Positions 40,271 to 54,245 of a DNA stretch of 64,000 nucleotides are shown here, piece after piece. Origin of the DNA: Blasia pusilla (Eukaryota); the NCBI GenBank assembly GCA_050084515.1, contig CM114271.1, positions 39,804,001 through 39,868,000 on the forward strand, written 5' to 3'. The notes under the pieces are model-generated. The model saw nothing but the letters and a program-made list of their open reading frames with translations, was not told the DNA's origin and searched no databases. Each line of letters begins with the position of its first letter. Position 1 is the stretch's first letter. The position numbers and the translations under genes are program-made.

Positions 40271-42279
40271 CTTTCCTTAGTTCAGAACCTACATGACTGA
40301 TATTATTCAAGAGCATTGTGTTAGAGAAGAGATCATTGTGTCAAGATGTAGAGTGATAGAATATACATTTATATTTATATTTATATATGTTGCATAAATA
40401 ATACATATTTTTATTACAACCCAATGGATAATTTTGTTTACACATAACTTAGTCCCTAACTTACCACATAATCGTACAGTCCTCATCGCTATTTTCCATA
40501 AATGAGTTCGCACAATTCCCTCCATTGGTATGCTTCCTTAATTGGAGATTCAATCTATCTTGCACTCTTCTAGGCACCATATTGCTCAGCACAATATTCC
40601 TCGAAGGTTTGAGACTCTTTTGCATCATACACATACTTTTTCATTTTCAATTTTTTCTTGTGCTCCTAAGTTTGAAGTCTTCCGATCAAATGCTCATCAT
40701 CAAGTGCAACCCCAACTTTGCATGTTGATATCGCCTTCAATATGTTAGGACATGCCATGATTCAACTCCCACCTTCATTGAGTACAACTAAGTATACATC
40801 TCTTGTCGGAGGAACCAACAATAACATAATCTCTTGCATCTTGTTGCACTCCCACCGTTCTTCTTTTCTCTTCCTCTGTCGGAAAAATTTGGTCGTCATT
40901 CGGTGGGCCCTCCCCTTTGCGGCGTCGGACTCCTTGCGGCCCCTCTTGAAAATTTGAGATACTCCCATTTCTTTTCCCAAGAAGGAGGATGTCAGCTTTC
41001 CAAAAATGAGGACCTTTGTTTGCTCGGAAACCCTTGTATAAGGAAAATAAAAATTTGCGACTCCCAAGACCCATTGAATGCATTGCGAGTGCACGTACTT
41101 GCAAATTGAGAACATCTATGCGGAATGGCAAATAAGTTGCCTCTCGCAAGTTTGTTGTGATTCTCAATGAAGTTCAAATGGAACCGCACAAAGTAGACTA
41201 GCATTTGAATTGCAAAGTAGCCGCTCTTGGAAGGAAAGGCCTTGCAATAGAGCCATCTTGATAAAGTTTCTAAAGTTTCTAAAAGTACATGCAAACGTTG
41301 ATGCGGCTAGAAAAGCGTCCGAAGCCAGAGGCAATGAAGATGATATGGTGTGTAATATCACAAAATTTCTTCCCTCTTTTTAAAAATCTCTTTGAGGAAA
41401 TGTCTCGACCAGATTTTTTTATGTTCATTTTCAGCTGGGATCGTCTCATCTAGATCTTTCTCTTGCAAAAATTTTCCACCACGCAAATTTTTACCATGGA
41501 CATTTCAAACTTGTATATGCACTTACTAGACTCCGTTGCAACTAGAAGAGGTCCATACTTAAATTCGTATCATAGTGATCTCCTCCTCCATATTCCATAT
41601 TAGTTTAAAATTTACAGTAAAATAGATTTCTGCTTATTTTACTTTTCAATATTGAAAAAATCCGAGGGCACATGGAAACCCGGCTCGTGCGTGCTGCTCA
41701 ATCAATGATCAAAGAACCTGTCAGGAGCATGGCTCTGGGGTCAGCCCCATGATTATTAGACGATAGCAAGATACCAGATAGCAAGTGTGGTGATGAGATA
41801 GAGGAACTATGACTGAGCAGTTTTACAGGACCGGCCCACGCAATTCGTAGGTCTGGTCACACTCTAGGGTGGAGCAGGAAACTGCGTCCGTAAGGAGTTG
41901 GGGTCCACAATGCTCCACAACTTTGGAGGAGAGAAATCTTCAGAGTCATCGTACATCGGAGAAGATCGATCACAGTGAATCGTCGACGATCGCAGAAGTG
42001 GCAGAACCTTACGTTTCACGTACGAGCGTCAAAAGTCAAGTCCTGTCGACTCGCAGATCGAGATGAATCATTTTCTTCAAATCGTGAATTCTCGGGGACT
42101 CAGACCTGCATTATGTGAGTTGATTGCCATCATAGCTAGAGATTCAGGGACAGGGAATTTCAAGTCTTTCAAGATCGAATAGCCGTAGCAGACGGAGCTT
42201 TTTCCTCCCGCTCTTGGGCCACGAGGAGCCAGATAAAAGAAGCTGAGAGCCTCGCTGCGGCGCAATATGAAAAAACAAA

Positions 42280-42329
42280 GATGGAAAACCCATCGGAAGT
42301 ACAAAAGAGGGGGACTCAAAGAGTCAAAA
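42280..42329. repeat. 50-bp exact duplicate of 58875-58924
   Basis: gatggaaaacccatcggaagtacaaaagagggggactcaaagagtcaaaa is identical at both sites. Confidence 0.9.
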
Positions 42330-43946
42330 GCTGAAGGCCACAACACGACCAGAAAAGGAAGAAGGGGGCATTATGGAAGGAAGTGCCGTCGTGTCGTGGA
42401 AGTAGGATGACTGTTTCCTGCATTAGTGATTCTCGGGACCGCGGAGCATTGCGGACGAGTACTTCTAACGGACGAGCAACGTTGCAGTGGCTGTGCGGAC
42501 GGACCGGCATCAGTACATCACACGTACAGCCCAGACCACGAGGACCACGCAGACAACGCCGTTTACATCAAACCATATCATTTCACGATCTTCTGCGCGC
42601 ATGCGGTCGCAGGCTCACGGCACATCGGATCGCCTTTCCGCTCGCAACCTGGCAGACGAGCATTTCTCGTATCGCTTTGCCAGCCACTCGAACTGTCCCC
42701 CGCACCTACTTTCCACGCCATTGGCTGCTCGTTTCCCTACCGCAACACGAACGCATCAGGTATTCACTCATACACCTCAGCGGCGCCCCGCATCCCCCTC
42801 TGCCGCCGAGGTGGAAAGAAAGAAAGACGCAAAGGAAAAAAAGAAGAGGGAAGCATCGGACCCAATCTACCTGGTTGTGTGTATTTGTGTGTATGATGTA
42901 AGAGTACGGTATACGGCTCTCATTCATTTACACTATTTTATCTACTGTGCTGTAACAGTGCGACGGATCTCGATAACGGCGAGAAATTCATATTATACGA
43001 CGGAACGACTCGCGATGGCGGGAGTTATTGCCACGGCTATAATAACACTGGTCACGCTACTCCATTTCATTCTTTCGAGTCTATTATGGCGACGAGTTCT
43101 TACATGCAATGTGTGGTATGGTGTATTAACGTGAGAGTAAAGGAGGATGGTGATCGGATTCTGCTGAAAAAGCTTAACGAAAGTTTCAGCTTTCCAATAA
43201 GAGTTTGAATTAAATAAATTGCGGACTTTTTCCTGGTCGTCGTGAATTATGGAGGGAAAATTTTAAGTGTCCATGGTGGGCTCGTCCATTAGTGGTGGGT
43301 TATTCTACCACGTGTTTCTTAAATTTAATGCTGTCAAAGAATTATCAACATCCTACCTGGACCAGGCGGGCGTCATAAAATTTTAGAAAAAATTCGATCT
43401 ATATAATATTGACTTTGCTATCACAAAAATTTCGGATGCATGAGAGATCTTAAGTTTATTTAAGTCTTGCCTCGATCACTTCTCCTCAATTTTCTTAGAA
43501 GTTACAGTTAGTGACGAGGGAAGGGAGGACACGTTATTCTTGGAGTATTCGATTCATACTCTATGGCCACACGGATCGCCTCTAAGGCAATAGATAACAA
43601 ATGATATACTAAACTGACCACGCAACAAAGGATCCCTTTAAGTCTTGATGTAATCTTGTCCATTTAGAAGTATTATCTATATCTATACCATTGGGAAATT
43701 TTAGTATCTTGGATTTTTCAAACAAAATTGGCTTATCTTTGTGTCTTTTGTCCACAAAGTTTTACTCTAAACTTACTATTTGTGATATGGGCTCTTTTTT
43801 GCATATTCCATGAATTCATGCATAAGAAAATGCAATTGTATGTTTAATTGGTGAAGTCCATCAAACATAAAGGCATAAATACTACTAGATTCCATATGTT
43901 CTATATTCAAAAATCAAGGATCGAGATGTTGTGGAGTCATATTGAG

Positions 43947-44259
43947 CAAAGTTGCATGTGGACAAAATCCGTATCCACGGAAATGTCCATATTCATAGAC
44001 TTACGTCCGCCCTATGGAAGGACTTATCCATGTGGGCCCCATCTCCCCCTTCGTTCTCATCCCTCCCTTCTCAAACTTGTTACTTGCCTCCTCTTTTCCG
44101 TTCTTCCTCCCCCCTTATTTTGACACCTTCCCTTGCCCAGATTGCCTTACCTTCCACCATGAACTCTAAATGTGGGTCTCACCTCTTGCAATCCATATCT
44201 GTGGACATATCCAAACTTGGTCGTCTTAGCGATGGACTTGTTGGTTTTTTGCAATCATG
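43947..44259 (+). mobile_element. hAT-type MITE copy
   Basis: caaagttgca...tgcaatcatg; perfect TSD atattgag. Confidence 0.88.
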
Positions 44260-47200
44260 ATATTGAGCCTCTCTTCCTCTATTTCTAATACATTTCAAGG
44301 TTATGAGCTCTTATAATAATCTCCTTCATCATGTGTTGATCTCCAATTAAATGCAAAAATTTCTTCCAACCAGGCTATAAATGAAGATAATGATTCAAGA
44401 GTCAAAACTCACTTCACTATAGAGTCTATTGTTGCAAAATCTATGTCTATCATTTAAATTGATCACTAATCCCACAATTAAGTCTTCTTCCACTAATCCA
44501 CATATTACTATGTATGAGTTATAGAACAATTTATATAGATATAGAAATATCACTATACCTTTGGTTCATATTTCTGATATTTAAATTTTATATTTAAATT
44601 ATTTTTCTTATAATTAATTATTATATTGAAATTTTAAATTTTAAATTTTCAAGGATATAAAACTATATAACCAGAATAAATAAAAATAAATAAATTTCTT
44701 TTAAATAATATTATAGAATATATGATAATATATAAATCACTCATATTATCCAATTGGATATTTTATTACATCTCGTAAAGTTTCAAAAGCATCCAATTAT
44801 TACAAAAATCCTCATTGCAATTAATTTTTTAAAATCGATCTACCACATTAGAAAAATGAATTCAATTACACGTGTGTTGTTGAATATTTCTTGTTTCTAA
44901 ATTTGGATAATAAATATTCCCATGGATAAAAAAATTGAATTTGCTTTGGGAAAATCCATAAATTTTATCTTTCCCTAATGGATTTAGTTCTTCCTCCAAA
45001 TGGTGGTGCGATAGGTCATCACGAAACTCCCTCCGTATTCAATGCTTTATGTTTAGGGCTTAGGAAAATCTCCAAAATGAGCATTTACTCCGAGCATTTA
45101 CATTTTGTATTGCCATTTTTGTATGATGAAGTAGATTGGCATATTAGGATAATTTTTTATTTGGGGAAATGGGATGACAAGAGGGTATGTTGTGATGAAT
45201 GAGGATGGAGGTGACAATGCGAAAAGTAATGCTCTAAAGAGAATGGAAGAAGAGTTGCTTCAAGGTGGAGAAATGACTCATGAGCCATGTTCAAGACTAT
45301 CACAACACTACAATTTGCTTCATTTTGATTGCAAATACGAGCTAATCTTATGGATCATAACAAATTGTTGAGGAAGAGTTATTGATGCTTATAGTTAATA
45401 AGTATATTTTGGGTCGAGTGATAAGATGTATTCCTCTTGTGGAGTTTCCAAAAAAAGGCCTATCACAAATGCATATCTTGATTATTCTTGCCTTGGGGGA
45501 TCAGCTAAAAAAAAAACCTTTGATTTTGATGATATTATATTTGCTAAGATTCTCATTAAACATCTGAAAATTTATTCAATTGTGATAAATTGTATGATAC
45601 ATGGACCATGTAAAGTTCTTCATCCAAATAAACTATGAATTGGAAAAACAATAAAAATTTGTTCAAATGACTATCCAATATGTTTTGCATCCATGATAGA
45701 TTGAAAATGGAGAATGAGCATGGATATCCTATTTATAAGCAATAATTTTGCTAATATTTTTTTTCCATTTAATATTCCAAGGCTAGATTTTTTCAAAATT
45801 TTCTTCTACCACTACCATTGTCATATGTTTGCTTTTATGTACATGTGATAATGGTAGATTGATTAACAAGTCAAATCATGACTTTGATAACCATTGGATG
45901 GTTCCCTATAATCCGATGTTATGTACCCTATTTGATTGCCATATCAATTTGGAGATAACTAATAGCATATTCGTAGTGAAGTACTTTTACAAGTGTGTAT
46001 GTAAGGGATCAAACGTCATTTCATATACCTTGGCAAAGAGTGCAAAAAAGAATATATTGTTGATAAGACATCGATATACCATAATGCAAGGTGCTTTGAT
46101 TTTTATGTCTTTGCTATATTATTTTACCATTATTTTTGAATATTGAATGTTGGACCCTGAATATACTTGTTTTTTCCTCTATGAAGGTATTGTTTTTTCC
46201 TCTATGAAGGTATGTTTTCTTCTTCGGAAGCATATTGGTGAATCTTCAAGTTTAGTCTACACTTTAAGCAACAAAGTATTGTAGGATTTATTTTCATCTA
46301 CCAAATAGCTAGATGGTATATTTTCATGAGCAAGATTCATTGGGTAATTTCCTAGAGGGAATTAAGGCGACCACTCTGATCCAACAATTTATAAATTATA
46401 TTTCTCATCCTACCACTCGACAACACTTTTATTTGAAGTTCCCTTCTCATTAATCTTGGAAAAGAATAGATGGCTGTGACGTTTATACATGACCAACCTA
46501 AGTCAACTTTCTATTATGTGTTAAGATCTGATTTTTACGAAAATAATTCAATTTAATAGGGTAAAATGAAATTTTATTTTGGTTTTCTTAACATTTATTC
46601 ATATGTAAAATCATGGAGATGCAGGGGAGCATCCTTGGTTATGATTACTTCTGCATCACATGACAGGAGCTCATTGCTTAATCATACCAAGATTTGAGAA
46701 CGATTGACGATGTAGTTTGTCCTACTTTGAAGGAAACAACTATTCGGATGGGCTTTTTAGAAGATGATAGGGAGTTTTTTTTTCTGTTCTTTGAAGAGGC
46801 CGTCGTAATTCTTACCAGATACTCTTTGCAATCATTCTTTTGTACTAAACCCCGTCTATACCTTTTATACTGATATAGTATGAGAACATTTCTTAGTTCC
46901 AATGACATAATAATTTTTACACAAAAGGCGTAAGGTAATATGCTTGCCTTATATTAAATTATTATTTTTAAAATATTTTTATATTTTTACTACCCATATA
47001 TTTTATTTTTTTAATTTTTTTAATTTTTTATTTGACATAGAGAATTGGAATTCTGGATCTTGTTTTGGACATTTAAAAAATTAATCTTGTATCATTAGAG
47101 ATCTATTATCATCTTCAAGATCATAGTAAAAGTATGATAGATTTCCCCGATATGCCTCAACTTGAGTTTATTTCCTTGCCATTCATCGATTTTTCGCTTA

Positions 47201-48463
47201 GAGGAAGAAGAAGAACTCTACTACAATCATGATATACTTGTGAGTGTATTTGACTAGGAGAGACCTATTTGCATAATAGAAAATGAGCTATTTGGATTTT
47301 GTCCCTTTTTTTTTAGGAGGTGTTAAATGAATCAAATAATACGCCATCTTCTACAAGTGAATCTCCTTTATGTTATGATCTTGCATGATTGTAATACAAA
47401 GTTTATTTCCTTTTAAATTTCTTCTTCCTAAGTATGATTTTTTCTTAGAAAAAGTTATTCTTTGTTGATGGTCTTGGTAGAATGGGAAAACCTTTCTACA
47501 CAATCTTCTCCTTGCTAGGGTGCAAAGCAAGGGTCTTATAGCTCTTGCAGTTGCATCTTCAAGGATTGCTACTTTGTTATAGGATGGAGATTGTACGACT
47601 CATTATTCATTCAAGATCGAGATTGAGATTCATGAATAATCCACTCGCAAGTAAGTTTATGTTGAAGACTTTGCTAGCACTTGGCATTATTGCTTAACAT
47701 TATTGTCTTCAATTATTGGGTCTTCATTTATATATATTATAAATCAAAGATTTCTTACCTATTGATTTGTTGTGTGTTTTTAGCGTATCTTTCAATAGTT
47801 CCATAACACGCCTTATACAAAAGGCACTGTTCATTGTATGGGATGATGTCCCCATGACCCACCATCATGTTTTCGAGGATATAAATCATAATTTTCAAGA
47901 TATCATGGGTTTGGTGGATCCTCAATTGTGAGATCTGCTATTTGGGGGTAAGATATTTATATTTGGCGGTGACTTTCAACAACTTCTTGTTTTTTGTTGT
48001 GATGATTGTCTCATTGTTATGCAGGCAACCCTTAGGAGATCTCTTATTAGATGTCATATGAAAGCAATGAAACTGACTACTTACATGAGAATGAATTGTT
48101 TACAAGGTATAAAATTTTATATTCTTACTTTTCCTATCATAGGTATTTTTTATTAAATATACTAATTTTTTTCATGTAGGTTTGCCTAGGATAGATATAG
48201 TAAGAGCAAGAAGCATTTGCAAATTGGTTGTTAAAGGTTGGAAAGGGTCGTATACCATTACATTTTAACCTTAGAGATGATTTTATTAAAATTCAAGATG
48301 CACTAATCATTAATACCAGAAGACTCAATGATCTCATCCACATTATTTATAGGTGTGATATTGATAAGTGGAGTGATATTGAGTTCTTGAGGAATACACA
48401 TATTCTTTCAACAAAGAATATTATTGTGGACTTTATTAATGTTGAAATTATGTCTCAATTTCC

Positions 48464-48925
48464 CAAGGTTGCACACGAAAAAAGTCCGTGCCTGCGAACT
48501 AATGTCCGTCCCTATGACAAACATATTCATGTGAGTGCAGATATCCACAACCCACACCCGATCCCACCCTGCCTGCAACGTACACCTCGGCTTGGCTTGC
48601 CCGCATCCCGTCTAAACACTCTTTGCCCCTTTTGTAGACAACACCGGCTCACCTTACGCCTACATTGGCCGGCGCTATGCTTGCCTAGAGCAGGCTCAGA
48701 CCCTTCGGTCCTCCCTCCACAACTGCAGCCCGCCCTACGCAGGCCCTAAACCCACAGCTCGCCCTCCTCGGGCCAATTCCTTAACGCCTCCCTTAATCTC
48801 ATCCCGCACTCGTTCCCTCATTCTGATCCTACCCTTACCAATGGGGTATAGAAAAAGCCCGGGCCGGGAACCCCTTGAGCATGTCCATCCCATGGACGGA
48901 CATGCCCTATTTCCATACAACCATG
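48464..48925 (+). mobile_element. 462-bp hAT-type MITE with related TIRs but different GC-rich interior, inserted in the Helitron helicase
   Basis: caaggttgca...tacaaccatg; perfect TSD caatttcc. Confidence 0.88.
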
Positions 48926-51468
48926 CAATTTCCTTGAAAGGTAATTTTTTATATTTTCTTAAATATCATAGATCTATACTATAAGATGACGATTTGTAGT
49001 GGTGTTGTTCTATGTTATCTTTTTTGTTCTCATGATTTCTTCTCTTTGTTCAAGAGCACACTTTTTTAAGTGTTGATTCGGTTTCTGATAATGGGATTAG
49101 GATTGTATATCCAACAAAAGATATAGAATATGTTTACGATCAAGACTACTGCCATTTTTTTAATTTTGAAGATTAGATCTCCAATCATTGTATTACAAAA
49201 TATGAATGGAGCAAAGGGACATGTAAACATGACGCGTCAGGTGATTTTTATATTTGATCGACGTGTTATAGATGCAGTAAGTATGACTAGAAAAAATATC
49301 AGAGCTCGAGTATGTATTCCACGTATTCCGCTGATTGAATTTGATTTTGGTTTATCTTTTGATTTACTACTATTTAAATTTCCTACTTGTATTGCCTTTG
49401 CAATGAAGATTATTAAGTCTCAATGTCAAACATTAGAAAGAGTTAGCATTTACTTGTCAAACCCCGTAGAGACAATTATATGTTGCCTTATCTAAAGTAG
49501 GTTCTAAAATTTTAATTTTTATGATGGTTGATAATCAAAATCCAGCAAAGAAAGTTAACTTTTTTTACTAGAACTTTTGCTGTATATATGAAATGATACA
49601 TTGAGATGAATTCAAGGATAGAGTTATGAATTTTTGTTTATCCTTTTTTCTCTCTAATAAGTATATTCTAGTTATTTATGATTTATTATTAAATTAATGA
49701 TTAAAAAAGATAATCTCATGTTAAAAAAACCATGAATTTGAAAGGTTTTGTTTAAACATGTTAAACTTTCAATGACACGGATACGAATGAGACCATTATG
49801 CATAAGTATTGGAGACTTGTCATTTATTTTGCATATTAATAAGTTTTTAAAAATGCAACTATACTATTATTTGAGGAGCGTTCCTCACATGGCTACATGT
49901 TGAACATCTAAACGTTGAAAGACACGGGAATGTATGACATATAATTAAATAAATTTTAACCTTTAACGATGCACTATCCCTCACTAGTGGACTAGTTACT
50001 ATCCCTCACGGATCGTAACTAGTCCCTCAAAAGGAAGTGGTGCATTCTAACTAGTTCCTTGAGTAGATGCACACAATCTAGTTTAACTAACCATACTACT
50101 ACGTCCACGTTCTCGAGACGATGGCTTAAAATATGTGTGTCCTCTTCGTCGCATGATAATATTTTTCAGGTCTTACGATTAAAATGTATATATGTCGATG
50201 TTTGATAACTGCCCCTATCTACTCCTTTATTTCTTTCTTAATTTAAGCTACTGTAAGGAAGTATTTAAATCCTAGATCCCTGAACTGACGATGGCGATGA
50301 CATCCTAGGGACGACCAGCATCGTCCCTGGGAAAACCTGGGGCCATATGGTAGGTGCCGAGCGAAGGCCATACGCAATAGCATATGACGGGGCAGTGGCG
50401 AGTAGATTCATCCAACCACTATCCATGAATTGCTCAGAAACTCTCGCACCAGATGCTTCCCGCCTCGGAAGCAAAGGTTGAAGGGGGAAAAAAAACACCA
50501 GCTTAATAAATAGAACGAAATAAAGCGCGCGAAGCGTGCCTTCTAAGTAAAATAACGAGGGCACTCGAAGTCGAAGAGCCGAGCCGAGCCAAGCCAAGCC
50601 AAGCCAAATACACACACACAATAATGGGGGAAAGGGCAAGAAAGGCTCGTAGCCCCTACTTCCAACAAGCCTGGCTAGACTCCCTCCCTCACAGCCAGCG
50701 AGGCCAGGCCAGGCTGGCTGCGAAAAGCCTGGGAAGGCGTGCGTGGTGACAAAGATCCAGTGACAGATCCACGCACAACACAATTGGACAACGGAAACTT
50801 CCTGGATTGCAGTGGATTCTGGATGTCGTAAGCTTCTCCACCTGACAGATTCTCCTTTTATTATAGCGTCTGCGTCACTGATCGAGACGGACCGGCGGAC
50901 GCCCGACCGACTCTGTCGTGTCGGTAGCCTTCTTAGCCATAAAGTGCTTTCCGGTACGTTAATGTTACTTGGGACTTCACAATGCACATTTTACTCGAAT
51001 GTCTGACAACAACTGTCATGCCAATCATACTCACTGAGTAGACGTTCAAATTTCCACATTACTGCAATGTGAAAACTATTACGAGTCGGGTTAAGTAATA
51101 TACGATTGTCCTACTGATATATATATATATATAAAAGAGGATAGGATTAAGAAAAACCTTCCTCAAATGTTGACATCTGTCTTTTAAATATATCTTTTTT
51201 GATACATGTAATTTTAAAAGAAAGAATTAAAATAAAATGAGATGATTAAATGAAAAAAGAAAAAGAGGACGGGAAGAAGTGCTAAACTACTTTTTTTTTT
51301 TAATATCCTGGAATAAAATCACGGGCAAAACTCTAGTTTGGCTGATTACAGTCCCAATTAGAGGGATCCTATTAAGTGCTAAGTTCGCTTCTTTGATCCA
51401 GTCGTGTTCTTATGGAGATTTTTCGTGTCTAATTTTCTTCCAATGGAGAAATAATTTGAACGCAACTT

Positions 51469-51618
51469 CGGGTTAGTTTTCCATCTATTTACTCATAAAA
51501 TTAACGTGAAAGCTATATGGGATTAAGAGGGGTTGCCTGGGAGTTAGCAGAGGTTAGTAAGGGTTTTAGTAGGGCTTTCAGGTTAATTTTGTGAGTAAAT
51601 AGATGGAAAACTAACCCG
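51469..51618. repeat. Inverted repeat, 45-bp arms, 60-bp spacer
   Basis: 51469-51513 versus reverse complement of 51574-51618: 43/45 identical; weaker pairing extends to about 51433/51661. Confidence 0.88.
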
Positions 51619-54245
51619 GAGACGTATAATCCACTCAAAAGTTTTTTCCACGGGAAGAAAACTCGATAATGTCTGTAATTGTAATTTTGGATATCATTAA
51701 GGTTACAGATTTTTTTTTCAATATAGATCTTACTCTTTAAACCAAACATAACAACTTTGTCACATCATTGTTTTCAGAGTCGAGAGTACGCGCATAATGC
51801 ATATAAGAGGTCAAGGATCGACACCCTTAGGTTGAAGATGACCTATTCAGGACGCGGGAAACCTGCAATTTGCATGCGTAGGTAATTCCTAATTTAGGAC
51901 CCATTTGGGATTATTCCAAAAAACTTAGCGCCAAGTTATAAAGTGGATGGCACAATTAAGTGTTTAGGACCTACAACCATTCACAACAAGAGCATCCCTT
52001 TGAAAAGATATGGGAAGTTTCTCTTTTAGGGACACCAATTCTGTTAATTAATAGACGAGGATTTTTCACTATCAACATTTTCTTTTAAAACATGATAAAT
52101 ATCATGTCAAAATGCATGAAAAAAATATTTCTTGTTGAAAATACCACATCAGTTTGGTATGGTCCAGGAGTAAAGTAAAGCCATTTTGGATGTTCAAGTT
52201 GTTCGATCGAAATATTTCTGCATTTGAATTATTTTTCTCTAATTCCTTACTTTGATCAATTAACGAGTATTATGTAATAATATTTCTGTCAAAATATTTG
52301 AGAATTAAATAATTTTTATTATAGGTAAAGGATACATCTTAATTTGAACATCACCTATGCAATGATGTCATCATGTAATAAAAAACTCTATGACAAGAAG
52401 AACTTAATCATAGAGTAAAATACAATAAAAGTTAATGACACCTAAAAAGACTAAATTTCCATCAAAACGATCACCCTAGTGAGTTGGATACTAGGTGAGT
52501 GAAAAACCGAACCTGCTATTAACCGATCCATATCGACGGCCGGGAATGGATTCCAATCACCCACGCATTTCGGAACTTTTGTGCAGCGCTCCTGAAGGAA
52601 CCATGAGAGGGTCCCACGTGTCCTGGGTACCGTATTCCCGGGCTGGAAGCAAGGCGGAACAAGAGATTGAAATGAGTGTCTGTCTTTCTCGACATCGATA
52701 TTCTTCTTTCTTTGGGCTCGGCGTGGAGTGTCAAAGCGCAAGATCGGGCGTACCTCTGCATTGCGTTCCAACGTGTAAAGTACGCACGGTGAGCACGCTT
52801 CAACTGCTTTTTCTTTTTCAGCAAATGCTTGTGTGTACAAGGGAACGACAGCTTGGCTCTTCTATCAGTCGCTGTCGTCGACTTTCGCCGAGAGGACGTT
52901 CGTAAGAACTTGTCCTAGTTTGCCTAGATGCTTTCACCTGCGCTGCAACGTGGAACTCGTCACGAGACTTTTTCTAGAGCGGCAAGATTTCGGCCCTGAT
53001 ATTAACGAGACTTGATACTATCTTCAGCGTGAGGTGTCCGTCGGACCAGACCACGTCTTCGCCGGGTCTGCGAACGTGTCTTTTGGAGATTGGTACTGGT
53101 CTAGCCTTTGATGGCATTGACCGGGATTCACGCTTCTGGGTATAGCATTGCTGGCTTTGACCGCGAGTCGAGTCACGGGTCACGAACGCCTAATGAGGTC
53201 GTCGAAAGCGGCCTTCGGACTCGCGCTCTCTCCAATTTTGTAGGGTTTAGATAAGATGATCCCAACCAGACTAAAGACGATAATACCTTCAATAAACCGA
53301 CTTACATAACGCATCCTGATCTGTTTGTCAGCTCAGGATAGAACATAAATTGTGAGCTGCAGCGACCAACCTAGCAGTCAATAGCGGTTGCAGATATATC
53401 GGTCAAGTCTTTTACTTAAGAGCACATTTCCCATCCAGCCAGTACTCAAATCCATGCGTGTGATACTTACAAGACAGTCTGTCACCAAAATTTATTTGTA
53501 GGCCAAGTCTCCGATACAATCATGCCAGAAGCACGGATATGCTCATTTTCATGCGGAATTGTATTGACACCTGGAGACCTCGAGTTGCTGAGCTAAATTA
53601 TTACATATTTAATCATACAGGTCTACAGTCTGGTTGTGGCTCGACCACCACAGTAATAGTAACATACATATCGCTGTGATCCAATGTGTAAACCCTGAGA
53701 AGGGAACAAGTGGATGCCCTTTCATACTTTAAACTATGTGGCAACTACTCTAGAAATTGTAACTCTCTTCAATCCTAAAGGCACGACTCTATTTGGTTTC
53801 GTGGACTGTTAGTATGATCCGTCTAGTGAATTACTTCGCCTTCTCCTCACTGTGGAACTGAAAACGCTAGTAATACTCCTAATGCTAGGGAGGACACCTT
53901 CAACGAAACAGAACAATTGCTCTGCTAAAAAGCTGCCGATGGCCGCACTCAGTGAAAATTTTCGTCCTTCCAAATTGCTCACCAGCCAAAAAAAAATTAA
54001 TCCACTCTTTATATACATAGGCCCAAGTCACGTCGAGAGGCCCAACTGTAACCAGTGTCATCATGATCTCACACATGAACTCTCCACACCATATCTCGAT
54101 AATAATTGCACGAGCTTATCTCTGGACAAGGGCTGCACAATCAATCAATGATCCGGTGTGTCAAGACTATCCCTAAAGCTCTACACAATCCCTGTCATAA
54201 ATAAGATCATCAGCTTCACTTGTGTATCTTTTCATCGCTGCTACA

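Larger units (their letters stand above)
43676..50081 (+). mobile_element. Degenerate Helitron (Rep-PIF1 helicase)
   Basis: Rep motifs VEFPKKGLSQMHILI, CMIHGPC, DNHWMVPYNP..HINLE..KY; helicase motifs FVDG.G..GK, ALAVASS, IVWDD.PM, FGGK..IFGGDFQQL, IPRI, AFAM.I.KSQ.QTL. Putative ends A|TCTATATC at 43676 and hairpins plus CTAG|T at 50081; the 5' end is less certain. Confidence 0.85.

Noticed and set aside
42383-43134. Three overlapping long ORFs (156-215 aa)
   Set aside because: No domain motifs or splice model; GC-rich sequence readily gives stop-free frames.
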